DNA from: an uncultured Verrucomicrobiae bacterium
Lineage (GTDB): Bacteria; Verrucomicrobiota; Verrucomicrobiia; Palsa-1439
NCBI GenBank assembly: GCA_963812605.1
Contig: CAWEWF010000015.1
Location: 1 to 28,929 of the forward strand
Length of the DNA: 28,929 bases
Direction: 5' to 3'
The notes beneath the pieces are model-generated. The model made no database searches. It saw nothing but the letters and a program-made list of their open reading frames with translations, and was not told the origin of the DNA. The position numbers and the translations under genes were made by a program. Positions 1 through 8,402 of this stretch are shown piece after piece (within the stretch, counting starts at the first letter, position 1; the number at the start of each line of letters is the position of its first letter).

Positions 1-104
1 AGTGGGTAGGTTGCGTTTGCTGGATTTCTCTTGCCTTCGACATTTCGTTCGCGGCATATTTCCCTTGCTCCGCCGCTTTCCAGAGGCTGGAAAGGATTTG
101 ACCG

Positions 105-2528
105 ATGAATCGATTATTCCTCTCAACAACCTTCCTGGGCTGTGTTTTGCTGGCTACCATTCATGCCCCAGCTTGTGCAAACACGATTACGGTCACGAAT
201 ACGGCAAGCAGCGGCCCGGGCACGCTGGATGATGCCCTGGTTAATGCGAATTCCGGTGACAGGATCGTTTTCGACGTGCCTTTGCTGGCTACCATTACCT
301 TGCAGAATGGCCCGGAGTTCATCGAAGAGGATGTTACGATTACAGGCCCCGGCACCAATCAATTGACGATCAGCGGCGATGGCACCAATCGTATCTTCTT
401 TATCGACGGCACCACCGTCGTACTTTCCGGGCTGACACTTTCCAACGGCGTTACCAGCAGTGATCTCGTAAATTTCATCGACTCCGGCGGAGCGATTATC
501 AATTTAGGCACCCTCACAATTTCCGAATGCGCGCTGAAGAACAATCTGTCCAAAGGTGGCGACGGTGGCCAGATGGGCGGTGGCGGAGGTGCTGGTGGAG
601 GCGGCGCGATTCTCAATGGAGAGCCGGACATTCTTCAAGACAACCCTGGAACATTGTTCGTCGTGAACAGCACATTCAGTGACAACCAGGCTGTCGGCGG
701 TGGGGGCGATCACAGCGGCGGCGGGGGCGGTGGCTTTGGTGGCGCGATTTTCAACGCCTTTGGCACTGTCGTTGTCAGCAATTGCACGTTCTCGGCAAAT
801 CGTGCGGTGGGTGGCCCCTCGGGAATTACCGGCTTTGGCAATGACAATAACGAGGGAGATGGCGGCGATGGGCTGAACACTGAGGCTGCGGGTCTTGGCA
901 ATTTCGGCTTCGGTGACGGATCTGTCGGCGAAGATGGAGGCGATGGCTGTGGCGGCGGCGCGGGATCCGACGGGCAACAATTATCGGGAGTTTGCGATGG
1001 CGGAGCCGGCGGACAAGGTGGCCTGGGAGGATTTGGCGGCGGCGGCGGTGCGGGAGGGCCGGGCGCCAACGGTTGCAGCGTTGTTACCCTGGGAGACGGT
1101 GGCAATGGAGGCAACGGAGGCTTTGGCGGGAATGGCGGATTTGGCGGCGGGGGCGGCGGTGCCGGGGCGGGTGGCGCGCCCACGGGCGTCGGCACGCTTA
1201 CAGGCTCTATGGGATCTCCCGGTACGGGCGGACTTGCAGCCGGAAACGGGGTTTCCACCAACGGCGGCGCCGGTGCCGGCTTTGGCGGGGCCATCTTCAC
1301 CTACGCATTCGGTACCACGCTTATTTTCAATTGCACCATCGCGTCCAACTCCGCCACAGGGGGTGCCAGCGTGGGTCATATGTCGGATGGTGTCGGACTT
1401 TCCGGCGGTATCTACAATTTTGAGGGCTTTGTAGGCGAAGTGGGCGGCATTGCTACAGGTGACGTGGAGGTCCTGAACACCATCGTCGCGGGCAACGTAG
1501 CGGACTCAGCCCCGGATGCGGGGGGCATCATCGCTTCGGACGGCCACAACCTCATCGGCATTAATGATGGCAGCACCGGCTTCGTCAACGGCACGAACGG
1601 CGACCTAATCGGTTCCGCAGCTCATCCGCTGGATCCCAGGCTCGGCCCGCTGGCTGACAACGGCGGTTCCACCTTCACCCAGGCCTTGCTGCCCGGTAGC
1701 CCGGCCATTAACGCTGGCGCTGATGCAGACTGCCCCGCCACCGACCAGCGCGGTGTCACTCGCCCCCAGATTGTCCACTGCGACATCGGCGCGTTTGAAC
1801 GGGACGACACACCGCCCATGGCACTTTGCAAGAATGCGACGGTGCCTGTGGTATCGAACTGTGCCGCCAATGCCTCGATCGACAATGGCTCCTCCGATCC
1901 GGATGCCGGCGACACCATCACCCTGAGCCAGTCGCCTCCCGGCCCATATCCGCTCGGCGTTACAACCGTAACCTTGACGGCCACGGACCATCACGGGGAA
2001 ACGAATTCGTGCACCGCGACGGTGACCGTGATCGAGAATGTTGCGCCCACCATCACGTGTCCCGCGAACCTGACGGTGTCGGCCGGATCACCCACTGGCG
2101 CGGTCGTTAACTTCTCCGCTCCCATCATCAGCGGTTGCAGTCCGGTCGTCACGTCCACGCCATCCTCGGGTTCAACCTTCGGCATCGGCGACACGACCGT
2201 CACCTCCACGGCAGCCGATCAGGCAGGCCATACGAATTCCTGCACGTTCAACGTGCACGTTCAGAGCGCGGGCGAGCAAACCACCGACGCCGAGACGTTG
2301 ATTCAAAACCTCGGTCTCGATCCCAAACTTTCGAAGAAGCTACTCCGAAAGTTGCAGTCGATTGAGAGGTTGGTGGGAGAGGATCGTACGCGCCCGGCGT
2401 GCAAACAATTACTGAGTTTGCTTCAAATGACGGGACATGAACTCACCGCCGGCCGTCTCACCGAGTCCCAGGCCATTCAAATCACAACTCCCGTGGCGCG
2501 GATATTCACGGTATTGGGTTGTTCATGA
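105..2528 (+). CDS. Secreted Gly-rich surface protein with choice-of-anchor Q-like domain and HYR-like repeats
   Basis: 807-aa ORF with a signal peptide and a [13 protein letters not shown]-terminal motif. It contains GGAIxN beta-helix repeats, long GGxGG tracts, [12 protein letters not shown]...[11 protein letters not shown]...DQRG..R...CDIGAFE (choice-of-anchor Q-like), two HYR-like Ig modules ([27 protein letters not shown]) and a helical C-terminus. Confidence 0.8.
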   Translation: MNRLFLSTTFLGCVLLATIHAPACANTITVTNTASSGPGTLDDALVNANSGDRIVFDVPLLATITLQNGPEFIEEDVTITGPGTNQLTISGDGTNRIFFIDGTTVVLSGLTLSNGVTSSDLVNFIDSGGAIINLGTLTISECALKNNLSKGGDGGQMGGGGGAGGGGAILNGEPDILQDNPGTLFVVNSTFSDNQAVGGGGDHSGGGGGGFGGAIFNAFGTVVVSNCTFSANRAVGGPSGITGFGNDNNEGDGGDGLNTEAAGLGNFGFGDGSVGEDGGDGCGGGAGSDGQQLSGVCDGGAGGQGGLGGFGGGGGAGGPGANGCSVVTLGDGGNGGNGGFGGNGGFGGGGGGAGAGGAPTGVGTLTGSMGSPGTGGLAAGNGVSTNGGAGAGFGGAIFTYAFGTTLIFNCTIASNSATGGASVGHMSDGVGLSGGIYNFEGFVGEVGGIATGDVEVLNTIVAGNVADSAPDAGGIIASDGHNLIGINDGSTGFVNGTNGDLIGSAAHPLDPRLGPLADNGGSTFTQALLPGSPAINAGADADCPATDQRGVTRPQIVHCDIGAFERDDTPPMALCKNATVPVVSNCAANASIDNGSSDPDAGDTITLSQSPPGPYPLGVTTVTLTATDHHGETNSCTATVTVIENVAPTITCPANLTVSAGSPTGAVVNFSAPIISGCSPVVTSTPSSGSTFGIGDTTVTSTAADQAGHTNSCTFNVHVQSAGEQTTDAETLIQNLGLDPKLSKKLLRKLQSIERLVGEDRTRPACKQLLSLLQMTGHELTAGRLTESQAIQITTPVARIFTVLGCS

Positions 2529-2577
2529 CCGCAACCTCTTCGCGTTCTTCGATATCCAAATACTCTTCAGGTGAACC

Positions 2578-2820
2578 ATGCGGCGCACAGTAGCTGAAAA
2601 AGTGGCGGGTGATTTCAAATTTTTGGAAGGGCCCGTCTGGGTCCCCACGCGGAACGAACTGCTGTTCAGCGATATTCCGGCGAGTTGTATTCGCCGCTAC
2701 ACGCCGGTGACAAATTCGTTCAGTATTTTCCGCGAACCGAGCGGCCAGGCCAATGGCAATGCGCTCGACCTGCAGGGCCGTCTCGTCACTTGCGAACACG
2801 AACGTCTCATTAGAGGATAA
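2578..2820 (+). pseudogene. Truncated SMP-30/gluconolactonase/LRE family gene (N-terminal fragment)
   Basis: FKFLEGPVW, LLFSDIP and ANGNALDLQGRLVTCEH match the first blades of the SMP-30 beta-propeller. Similarity stops after CEH, and the stop codon lies inside a repeat. Full-length members are about 300 aa. Confidence 0.8.
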
Positions 2821-2878
2821 GGGGTCACGTCTCGTGCGCTCGACCTGAGGGCCGTTAGAGGATAAGGGGTCAGGTCTC
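2810..2878 (+). repeat. Two 24-bp direct repeats TTAGAGGATAAGGGGTCA(C/G)GTCTC separated by a 21-nt copy of upstream gene sequence
   Basis: 2810-2833 and 2855-2878 differ at one base. The stretch 2835-2855 matches 2760-2781 with one C missing. Confidence 0.9.
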
Positions 2879-2998
2879 AACATCAAACAATCATGAGGGT
2901 TATGAGGGTCAACGCTTTACTGTTTACAGATAGCGTCATTATGCGGCAATAAATCCTTTGGGAACGCTGACGCGATCCGTCGCGGCGAACTATCTCAT

Positions 2999-3809
2999 TC
3001 ACTCGGCGCTATCACCACGCGGGACATTTAGCAGCCAAAGCAATTCGGTCTCGAAGTCATGGGGACCGGTGTAGTTGGCGAAGGTCAGCGAGCGGTTGTC
3101 CAGCAGGAGTCGCGCGCCGCGGTTGACCTTGGCCGACGTTCAGGCCGGCCAATTCCGCGAGAAGTACGCGGAAGTTGGCGCCGGTGTTTAACTGCTTTTT
3201 CTCGGCCAGGCCGGAGAAATCAAAGTGCTCGGGACTGAAGGCAAATTGCTCGCCCGCGGTCGTGCCGATCCGGCCGAAGGTGATCGTGCGCGTGGTCTTC
3301 TCAGGCTTGGCTTCCTTCTTCTTTTTCTTGCCGCCGCTCAGCAGGCCGGGCGGTATGCCGGTGGCGAGAAATACGCCGACGCCCAGCATCATCGCCCCCA
3401 TTTTCTTTTCGTCGCCACCCGATACGCGTTTGATAATCTCCTCCGAAAACTGGCCCGCGGACACCACTTCCACCTGTGCCCATTCGAGGAAGCGGGTGGG
3501 ATCTTTCGGTGATTGCAAACGCAGCGTGAAACCGTTGGGCGCAAACTCCACTCCCGTGGTCACTCGCGGCTCCGCCGGCGCGCGGAGCGCAGTGTTGTCG
3601 ATGCAGACAACGCCGCCCGCATGATCGCCCACGCCTTCCACGATTCGGAGCGCGTCTTCCTTCGAGGCGTCCCGCTCCAGAAATCCCCAGCCTTTGCGAA
3701 TCTTCGTCCGCGCATCGTAATCGTTGATGCCATAAAGTTGCGCCACGACCGGCGCGAGCGCATCCAGTTGATCGAGGGGAAACTGACGAAACAAGATCGC
3801 GTAACTCAC
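2999..3809 (-). CDS. Hypothetical protein with one hydrophobic segment; apparent +1 frameshift near 3139
   Basis: ORF 3057..3845 with a likely GTG start at 3809 and a hydrophobic segment [14 protein letters not shown]. Removing one base at 3139-3140 gives a plausible C-terminus [46 protein letters not shown] ending at 2999. Confidence 0.65.
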
Positions 3810-3861
3810 AGGACGCACGATACGACGGACGCCGCGGGAAGGCAATGCTGCTCACGCGAGG

Positions 3862-3889
3862 TTGACTGCCCTGCGCGCTCTGCTATCAT
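3862..3889 (+). promoter_or_regulatory. Putative sigma70 promoter for icd
   Basis: TTGACT-16 nt-TATCAT with an extended -10 TG; GAGGAG RBS upstream of ATG 3925. Confidence 0.5.
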
Positions 3890-3924
3890 CGCGGCACTTT
3901 TTTAGGCGAGGAGAACCACAATTC

Positions 3925-5220
3925 ATGGCTAAGATTTCCATTCAAAACGGCAAGTTGAACGTTCCCGACAGTCCCACGATTCCCTTCATCCGCGGCGACG
4001 GCACGGGGCCCGATATCTGGGCCGCCAGCGAACGCGTGTTCGACGCGGCGGTGAAGAAAGCGTACGGCGGCAAACGTAAAATCGAATGGCTGGAGGTTTT
4101 TGCGGGCGAAACCGCCTTCCAGAAATTCAATAACTGGCTCCCCGACGAGACCGTCGTAGCGTTCCAGGATTACCTCGTTGGTATCAAAGGCCCGCTCACC
4201 ACGCCCGTCGGCAAAGGCATCCGCAGCCTGAATGTCGCGTTGCGCCAGATGCTCGACCTGTATGTCTGCCTGCGTCCCGTCCGCTGGTTCAAGGGCGTCC
4301 CCTCGCCCGTCAAGCATCCGGAGAAGGTGGACATGGTGATCTTCCGCGAGAACACCGAGGACATCTATGCCGGCATCGAGTACGCCGGCGGCACGCCTGA
4401 AGCCCAGAAAGTCCTCGATTTTCTGGCGAAGGAATTTCCCAAGGAATTCAAAAAAATTCGCTTCGGAACCAAAGAAGCGGCAGCGCAGTGGCTGAAGCAA
4501 CTTGAGGCCATGGGCGCGCCGCATCGCGAGGCGATCGTGGATGTTGGCATTGGCTTCAAGCCGGTGAGCTACCTCGGGACGATACGCCTGATTCATGCCG
4601 CGATCCTCTATGCCATTGCGTGCAAACGCAGAAGCCTCACGATTGTCCACAAGGGCAACATCATGAAGTTCACCGAGGGCGCGTTCCGCGACTGGTGCTA
4701 CAAGATAGCCAAGGAGCGTTACGGCGCGGTCGAGATGGACGGCGGCCCGTGGTGTAAGATTCCCGAAGGCAAGCCCGGCGCGGGTCTCGTCATCAAGGAT
4801 GCGATTGCCGACATCGCCCTTCAGCAGGTGCTCATCCGCCCGGAGGACTTTGACGTGATCGCCACGCTCAATCTCAATGGCGATTATCTCAGCGACGCGC
4901 TGGCCGCGCAGGTCGGCGGCATCGGCATCGCTCCTGGCGGCAACATCAACTACATCACCGGCCACGCCATCTTCGAAGCCACGCACGGCACCGCCCCCAA
5001 GTACGCCAACCAGGACCGGGTCAACCCCGGCTCCGTCATCCTCAGTGGCGAAATGATGTTGCGTTACCTCGGCTGGACCGAAGCCGCCGACCTGATCCTG
5101 CAAGGCATGGACGGCGCCATCAACGCCAAGACCGTCACCTACGACTTCGCAAGGCAGATGGAGGGCGCGAAGGAAGTGAAATGCAGCGAGTTTGGCGATG
5201 TGGTGATAAGTAAGATGTGA
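3925..5220 (+). CDS. icd: NADP-dependent isocitrate dehydrogenase (dimeric, E. coli type)
   Basis: Motifs [80 protein letters not shown] (NADP-type KY) and VTYDFAR. Confidence 0.98.
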   Translation: MAKISIQNGKLNVPDSPTIPFIRGDGTGPDIWAASERVFDAAVKKAYGGKRKIEWLEVFAGETAFQKFNNWLPDETVVAFQDYLVGIKGPLTTPVGKGIRSLNVALRQMLDLYVCLRPVRWFKGVPSPVKHPEKVDMVIFRENTEDIYAGIEYAGGTPEAQKVLDFLAKEFPKEFKKIRFGTKEAAAQWLKQLEAMGAPHREAIVDVGIGFKPVSYLGTIRLIHAAILYAIACKRRSLTIVHKGNIMKFTEGAFRDWCYKIAKERYGAVEMDGGPWCKIPEGKPGAGLVIKDAIADIALQQVLIRPEDFDVIATLNLNGDYLSDALAAQVGGIGIAPGGNINYITGHAIFEATHGTAPKYANQDRVNPGSVILSGEMMLRYLGWTEAADLILQGMDGAINAKTVTYDFARQMEGAKEVKCSEFGDVVISKM

Positions 5221-5224
5221 CGCG

Positions 5225-5551
5225 ATGAAGTTGCCTGACGCGGAGCACGCCACCGTCGAGAGAAACAAAATCGAGCGGTACTTACTCAGTGCCACACACG
5301 CTCATGGTCGCCACAAACAACGCGTCTTCGTCGCCGCAGGGTACACGGCGCAGCGTCTTGTGGACGTCCTGCTCCAACTCGCGCGAGAATCCGACGACAC
5401 ACAGGAACTACCGTCGCCCTTTGGCCGCAAGTTTGTTGTGCGCGGTAGCATTCCATCGCGGAGCGGCAGCCTGGCCATTACCACGATCTGGATGTTGCGC
5501 GACAGCCGGCCACCGCCCCACTTTGTTACTGCATATCCGACCAAACCATGA
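5225..5551 (+). CDS. DUF6883-like protein (putative toxin)
   Basis: 108 aa; MKLPDAEHA.V...KI..YLL...H..G.HK..VF...GY, SPFGRKFVV.G, TIW, P.FVTAYP pattern. Lies directly upstream of a DUF4926-like gene, the usual partner. Confidence 0.75.
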   Translation: MKLPDAEHATVERNKIERYLLSATHAHGRHKQRVFVAAGYTAQRLVDVLLQLARESDDTQELPSPFGRKFVVRGSIPSRSGSLAITTIWMLRDSRPPPHFVTAYPTKP

Positions 5552-5563
5552 TAGATTCCCGTT

Positions 5564-5797
5564 ATGATTAAGGAGTTGGACTTGGTAGCTCTGACGGTTG
5601 ATCTACCGACGCATGGCCTCGTGGTCGGCGACATCGGTACTGCCGTCATGGTGCATGGTAACGGCGAAGGTTACGAGGTTGAATTCGTAACATCCGACGG
5701 CAAAACCATCGCTGTGCTGTCGTTAGAAGCTGACAAGGTGCGCTCGCTTTCCGGTCACGAAGTCCTGCACGCACGCGAACTGACTACGGCAAAATGA
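5564..5797 (+). CDS. DUF4926-like protein (putative antitoxin/immunity)
   Basis: 77 aa; MIKELDLVALTVDLP.HGL..GDIGT.V.VH....YEVEFV..DGKTIAVLSL pattern. Confidence 0.85.
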   Translation: MIKELDLVALTVDLPTHGLVVGDIGTAVMVHGNGEGYEVEFVTSDGKTIAVLSLEADKVRSLSGHEVLHARELTTAK

Positions 5798-5961
5798 CGT
5801 TCCGCTGCCTCGGCTAGACCGAAGCCGCCGACCTCATCCTGCAAGGCATGGACGGCGTCATCAACGCCAAGACCGTCACCCACGATTTCGCCCGGCAGAT
5901 GGAAGGTGCGAAAGAAGTGAAGTGCAGCGAGTTTGGCGATGCGGTGATCAAGAAGATGTCA
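5788..5961 (+). pseudogene. Displaced duplicate of the icd 3' end (icdC-like remnant)
   Basis: Ungapped alignment to 5047-5220 at offset 741 with 21 mismatches in 174 bp. Trp TGG has become TAG at 5815-5817, and the stop TGA has become TCA. Confidence 0.95.
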
Positions 5962-5965
5962 ACGC

Positions 5966-6856
5966 ATGAAGTACGAGCTTGAACCAGATAATAGAAATTG
6001 CTCTGACAGTGTCTTGTTAGACGACTTGCGATTAGTTGCTCGACATCTCGGCCAAGCAACGCTAACGAAGGAAGATTACGAAGAGCACGGACGTTTCTCT
6101 CCTACAACCATGCGCAATAGGTTCGGTTCTTGGAATCGCGCGCTGGAGTTAAGCGGGCTTGCTGTGCAGAAGCGAATCGATATCCCGCGCGAAGAATTGG
6201 TGGCGGATTTGCAGCGCGTTGCAGCACTACTCGGGAGGAACACCGTGATGACTTCTGATTACAGGACGCGCGGCAAGTTCAGCACTTCCACGTTGACCCG
6301 TGAGTTTGGCTCGTGGGCCAAAGCTCTTACCGCCGCTGGGCTCCAACCCACCGGCTGGAAACCGAAGGCAACTGATGACGAATTGCTAAGCAACATGGCT
6401 GCGGTCTGGGAGCACTTGGGACGACAACCCAAGCAAAACGACTTTCGTGCACCTATTTCTCGTTTCTCACACGCAACTTATGGATCTCGCTATGGTTCAT
6501 GGCGGAAGGCTCTGGAAGCTTTCGTCGCAGTCGCTAACAGTAGTGAGATTCCGAATGCGACTGTGGAGAACACCGACCAAAAACTTGTGGGTACAGAGCC
6601 ACAACAACGCAAGCATAGAACACCACGTCAACCAGGTTGGCGCATACGATTTCTTGTTATGCGACGGGACAACTTCAAATGTTGTATTGATGGGAAGAGC
6701 CCTGCAACACATCCCGGCACCATCTTAGAAGTAGATCACATTGAAGCTTGGGATGAGGGCGGCGAGACTGTTATGGAAAACCTCCAAACACTCTGTCAGC
6801 AGTGCAACGGTGGGAAGAGCAGCTTGCCGATGCAGGGAGACTCGTCCAGGTCGTGA
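5966..6856 (+). CDS. HNH endonuclease with three N-terminal homing-endonuclease-associated repeats
   Basis: Three repeats of the form L..VA..LG......DY...G.FS..T....FGSW..AL. C-terminal RRDNFKCC..G....LEVDHI..W..GGET..ENLQTLC..CN..K HNH motif. Codon usage is visibly more AT-rich than neighbours. Confidence 0.88.
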   Translation: MKYELEPDNRNCSDSVLLDDLRLVARHLGQATLTKEDYEEHGRFSPTTMRNRFGSWNRALELSGLAVQKRIDIPREELVADLQRVAALLGRNTVMTSDYRTRGKFSTSTLTREFGSWAKALTAAGLQPTGWKPKATDDELLSNMAAVWEHLGRQPKQNDFRAPISRFSHATYGSRYGSWRKALEAFVAVANSSEIPNATVENTDQKLVGTEPQQRKHRTPRQPGWRIRFLVMRRDNFKCCIDGKSPATHPGTILEVDHIEAWDEGGETVMENLQTLCQQCNGGKSSLPMQGDSSRS

Positions 6857-6875
6857 CGGTTGAACCACCAGCCGT

Positions 6876-7178
6876 TCACCGTTTCGTCCGATACTTGGCG
6901 CGGGGTTCGGCCACTTGACGGGCGAGGCGACGTTTGCCCTTCACGGGTTGGCCGATCTTGTAGAGGAAGTCGGGCGACATGTCGGCGCCGTTGCTCCAGA
7001 CGACGGTGTCCAGGTCGGGGTTGAGTCGAGCGGTCCGAAAGACGCGACGGTCCTTCAATGGTTCGAACACCTCACCGTCCAGCTCTGCGGCGAGATCCAC
7101 CAACCGTACGCTGCCGTTCTCAAACTCCAAGCGGAGCTTGTAACCCGACACATATTCGACTGAGGTCACGAAATGCAT
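6876..7178 (-). CDS. DUF2442 domain protein (putative antitoxin)
   Basis: V..VEYV.GYKLRL.FENG....VDL...L.GEVFEPLKD...F.....TV.W.NGAD.SPDFLY pattern; downstream of a DUF4160 gene. Confidence 0.85.
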   Translation of the reverse strand: MHFVTSVEYVSGYKLRLEFENGSVRLVDLAAELDGEVFEPLKDRRVFRTARLNPDLDTVVWSNGADMSPDFLYKIGQPVKGKRRLARQVAEPRAKYRTKR

Positions 7179-7188
7179 CGTGGATATT

Positions 7189-7449
7189 CTATTCCAAAGG
7201 CGCGATGGATTTCAATGGCTTCCTAGCCATGGCCCGGTCCCAATTCTTCTGCAATTCATCACGATGTAGGAATGCCCATTCCAAAACCAATGCCGTGACC
7301 CGCGATGGCAAGTGTCCCTCCAGGAGTTTGAGGTCGCCGATAGAGAACGATGCGCGCTGGCCAGCGTACTTGGCGTGGAAGTGCGGCACGCCATGCTCCT
7401 TCCAGTACATCACGATCACAATTCCAAAAAATCGACTGATTTCAGGCAT
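7189..7449 (-). CDS. DUF4160 domain protein (putative toxin, HicA-like fold)
   Basis: MPEISRFFGIVI.MY..EH..PHFHA.Y....LV.EWA.LH.DEL..NW.....I.PLE; GGAGG RBS before ATG 7449. Confidence 0.88.
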   Translation of the reverse strand: MPEISRFFGIVIVMYWKEHGVPHFHAKYAGQRASFSIGDLKLLEGHLPSRVTALVLEWAFLHRDELQKNWDRAMARKPLKSIAPLE

Positions 7450-7573
7450 CAGAACCTCCCGCCACGCCCTTCTTCCGGTATACGATACCAATAAGTCGGA
7501 CCTTCCAACAACCCCAAAGGCTTTACGGAGGCAGTCATCAATTGGTAAGCTGCGGGGCGTGTTGACGACGCCG

Positions 7574-8299
7574 ATGATTCCCCACGAGAGTGAACGGACC
7601 CGGCATCGGCTTTTGCGCCAGCGGTACCTGACTTTGTTGATCGCGTTGCTGTTGTTATTTGCCTTCTACCCGTTCATCGACCAGGAAGTTGCCGAGACGC
7701 GGCATGTGGGGTTGTTTTTTGCGGTGATTCTGATCGCGGGTGCTTATGCCGTAAGCCACGACCGCCGTTTCCTGGCGGTGGCCCTCGTACTGGCGGCGGG
7801 AATGTTGGGCGCACAATGGTTGGCGTTCGCGCAGCACATGAATCCCGTCACGACCGCGATCAGCCGGGGCTTCGGGGTGCTGTTCCTCCTGCTGACGGCG
7901 ATTGCCATTCTCTCGAACGTCCTGAGAAGCAAGACGGTGACCTCGGACACGATTTATGGGGCGATTTGCGCGTACCTGCTGCTCGGATTGATGTGGGCGT
8001 TTCTCTTTTGCATGCTCGAAGTGCTGCATCCCGGCTCACTGCTGGAAGCCGGACAACCCATCGCCACGGGTCATGTAGAGTTCCCGCAGTTTGCGATGAT
8101 CAACTCGCTGATCTATTACAGCATGAGCACGCTTTCGACATTGGGGTATGGCGATATTCTGCCCAAGTCGGGCCCCGCGCGCGCGTTCGCCAACCTCGAA
8201 GCCATCTCCGGTCAAATGTACCTGGCCATCCTCATCGCCCGTCTCGTGGCCATGCAAGTTGCCCACAGCAATACGCAACGAACTCTCCCCAAGGAATAA
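7574..8299 (+). CDS. Potassium channel family protein (Ion_trans_2)
   Basis: Several TM helices, IYGAICAYLLLG, and pore signature YYSMSTLSTLGYGDILP followed by EAISGQMYLAILIARLV. Start is approximate. Confidence 0.88.
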   Translation: MIPHESERTRHRLLRQRYLTLLIALLLLFAFYPFIDQEVAETRHVGLFFAVILIAGAYAVSHDRRFLAVALVLAAGMLGAQWLAFAQHMNPVTTAISRGFGVLFLLLTAIAILSNVLRSKTVTSDTIYGAICAYLLLGLMWAFLFCMLEVLHPGSLLEAGQPIATGHVEFPQFAMINSLIYYSMSTLSTLGYGDILPKSGPARAFANLEAISGQMYLAILIARLVAMQVAHSNTQRTLPKE

Positions 8300-8402
8300 C
8301 GACGCTGCGAAGCACCATGGTGAAATTTCCTAGGTCGAATTAGGAAGCTGCCCAATTGCTCCGCTGGAAGAGTCCGCTGTATTCTCCAAGCAGGAGATCT
8401 TT

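Noticed and set aside
710-1300. Pro-rich 196-aa minus-strand ORF
   Set aside because: Antisense shadow of the GGC-rich glycine codons of the 105..2528 gene.
2810-2878. Mini CRISPR array
   Set aside because: Only two repeats, a 21-nt spacer copied from 50-75 nt upstream, no palindromic repeat structure and no cas genes in the window.
3886-5295. 469-aa antisense ORF over icd
   Set aside because: Typical stop-free antisense frame of a GC-rich gene; no recognisable motifs.
5047-5961. DGR template/variable repeat pair
   Set aside because: Mismatches are not adenine-specific, many are synonymous, and there is no reverse transcriptase.
5225-7449. Prophage or integron
   Set aside because: No integrase or phage genes and no recognisable attC sites.
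7058-7573. N-terminal extension of the K-channel ORF
   Set aside because: Overlaps the well-supported DUF4160/DUF2442 genes on the other strand; channel-like sequence starts near 7574.
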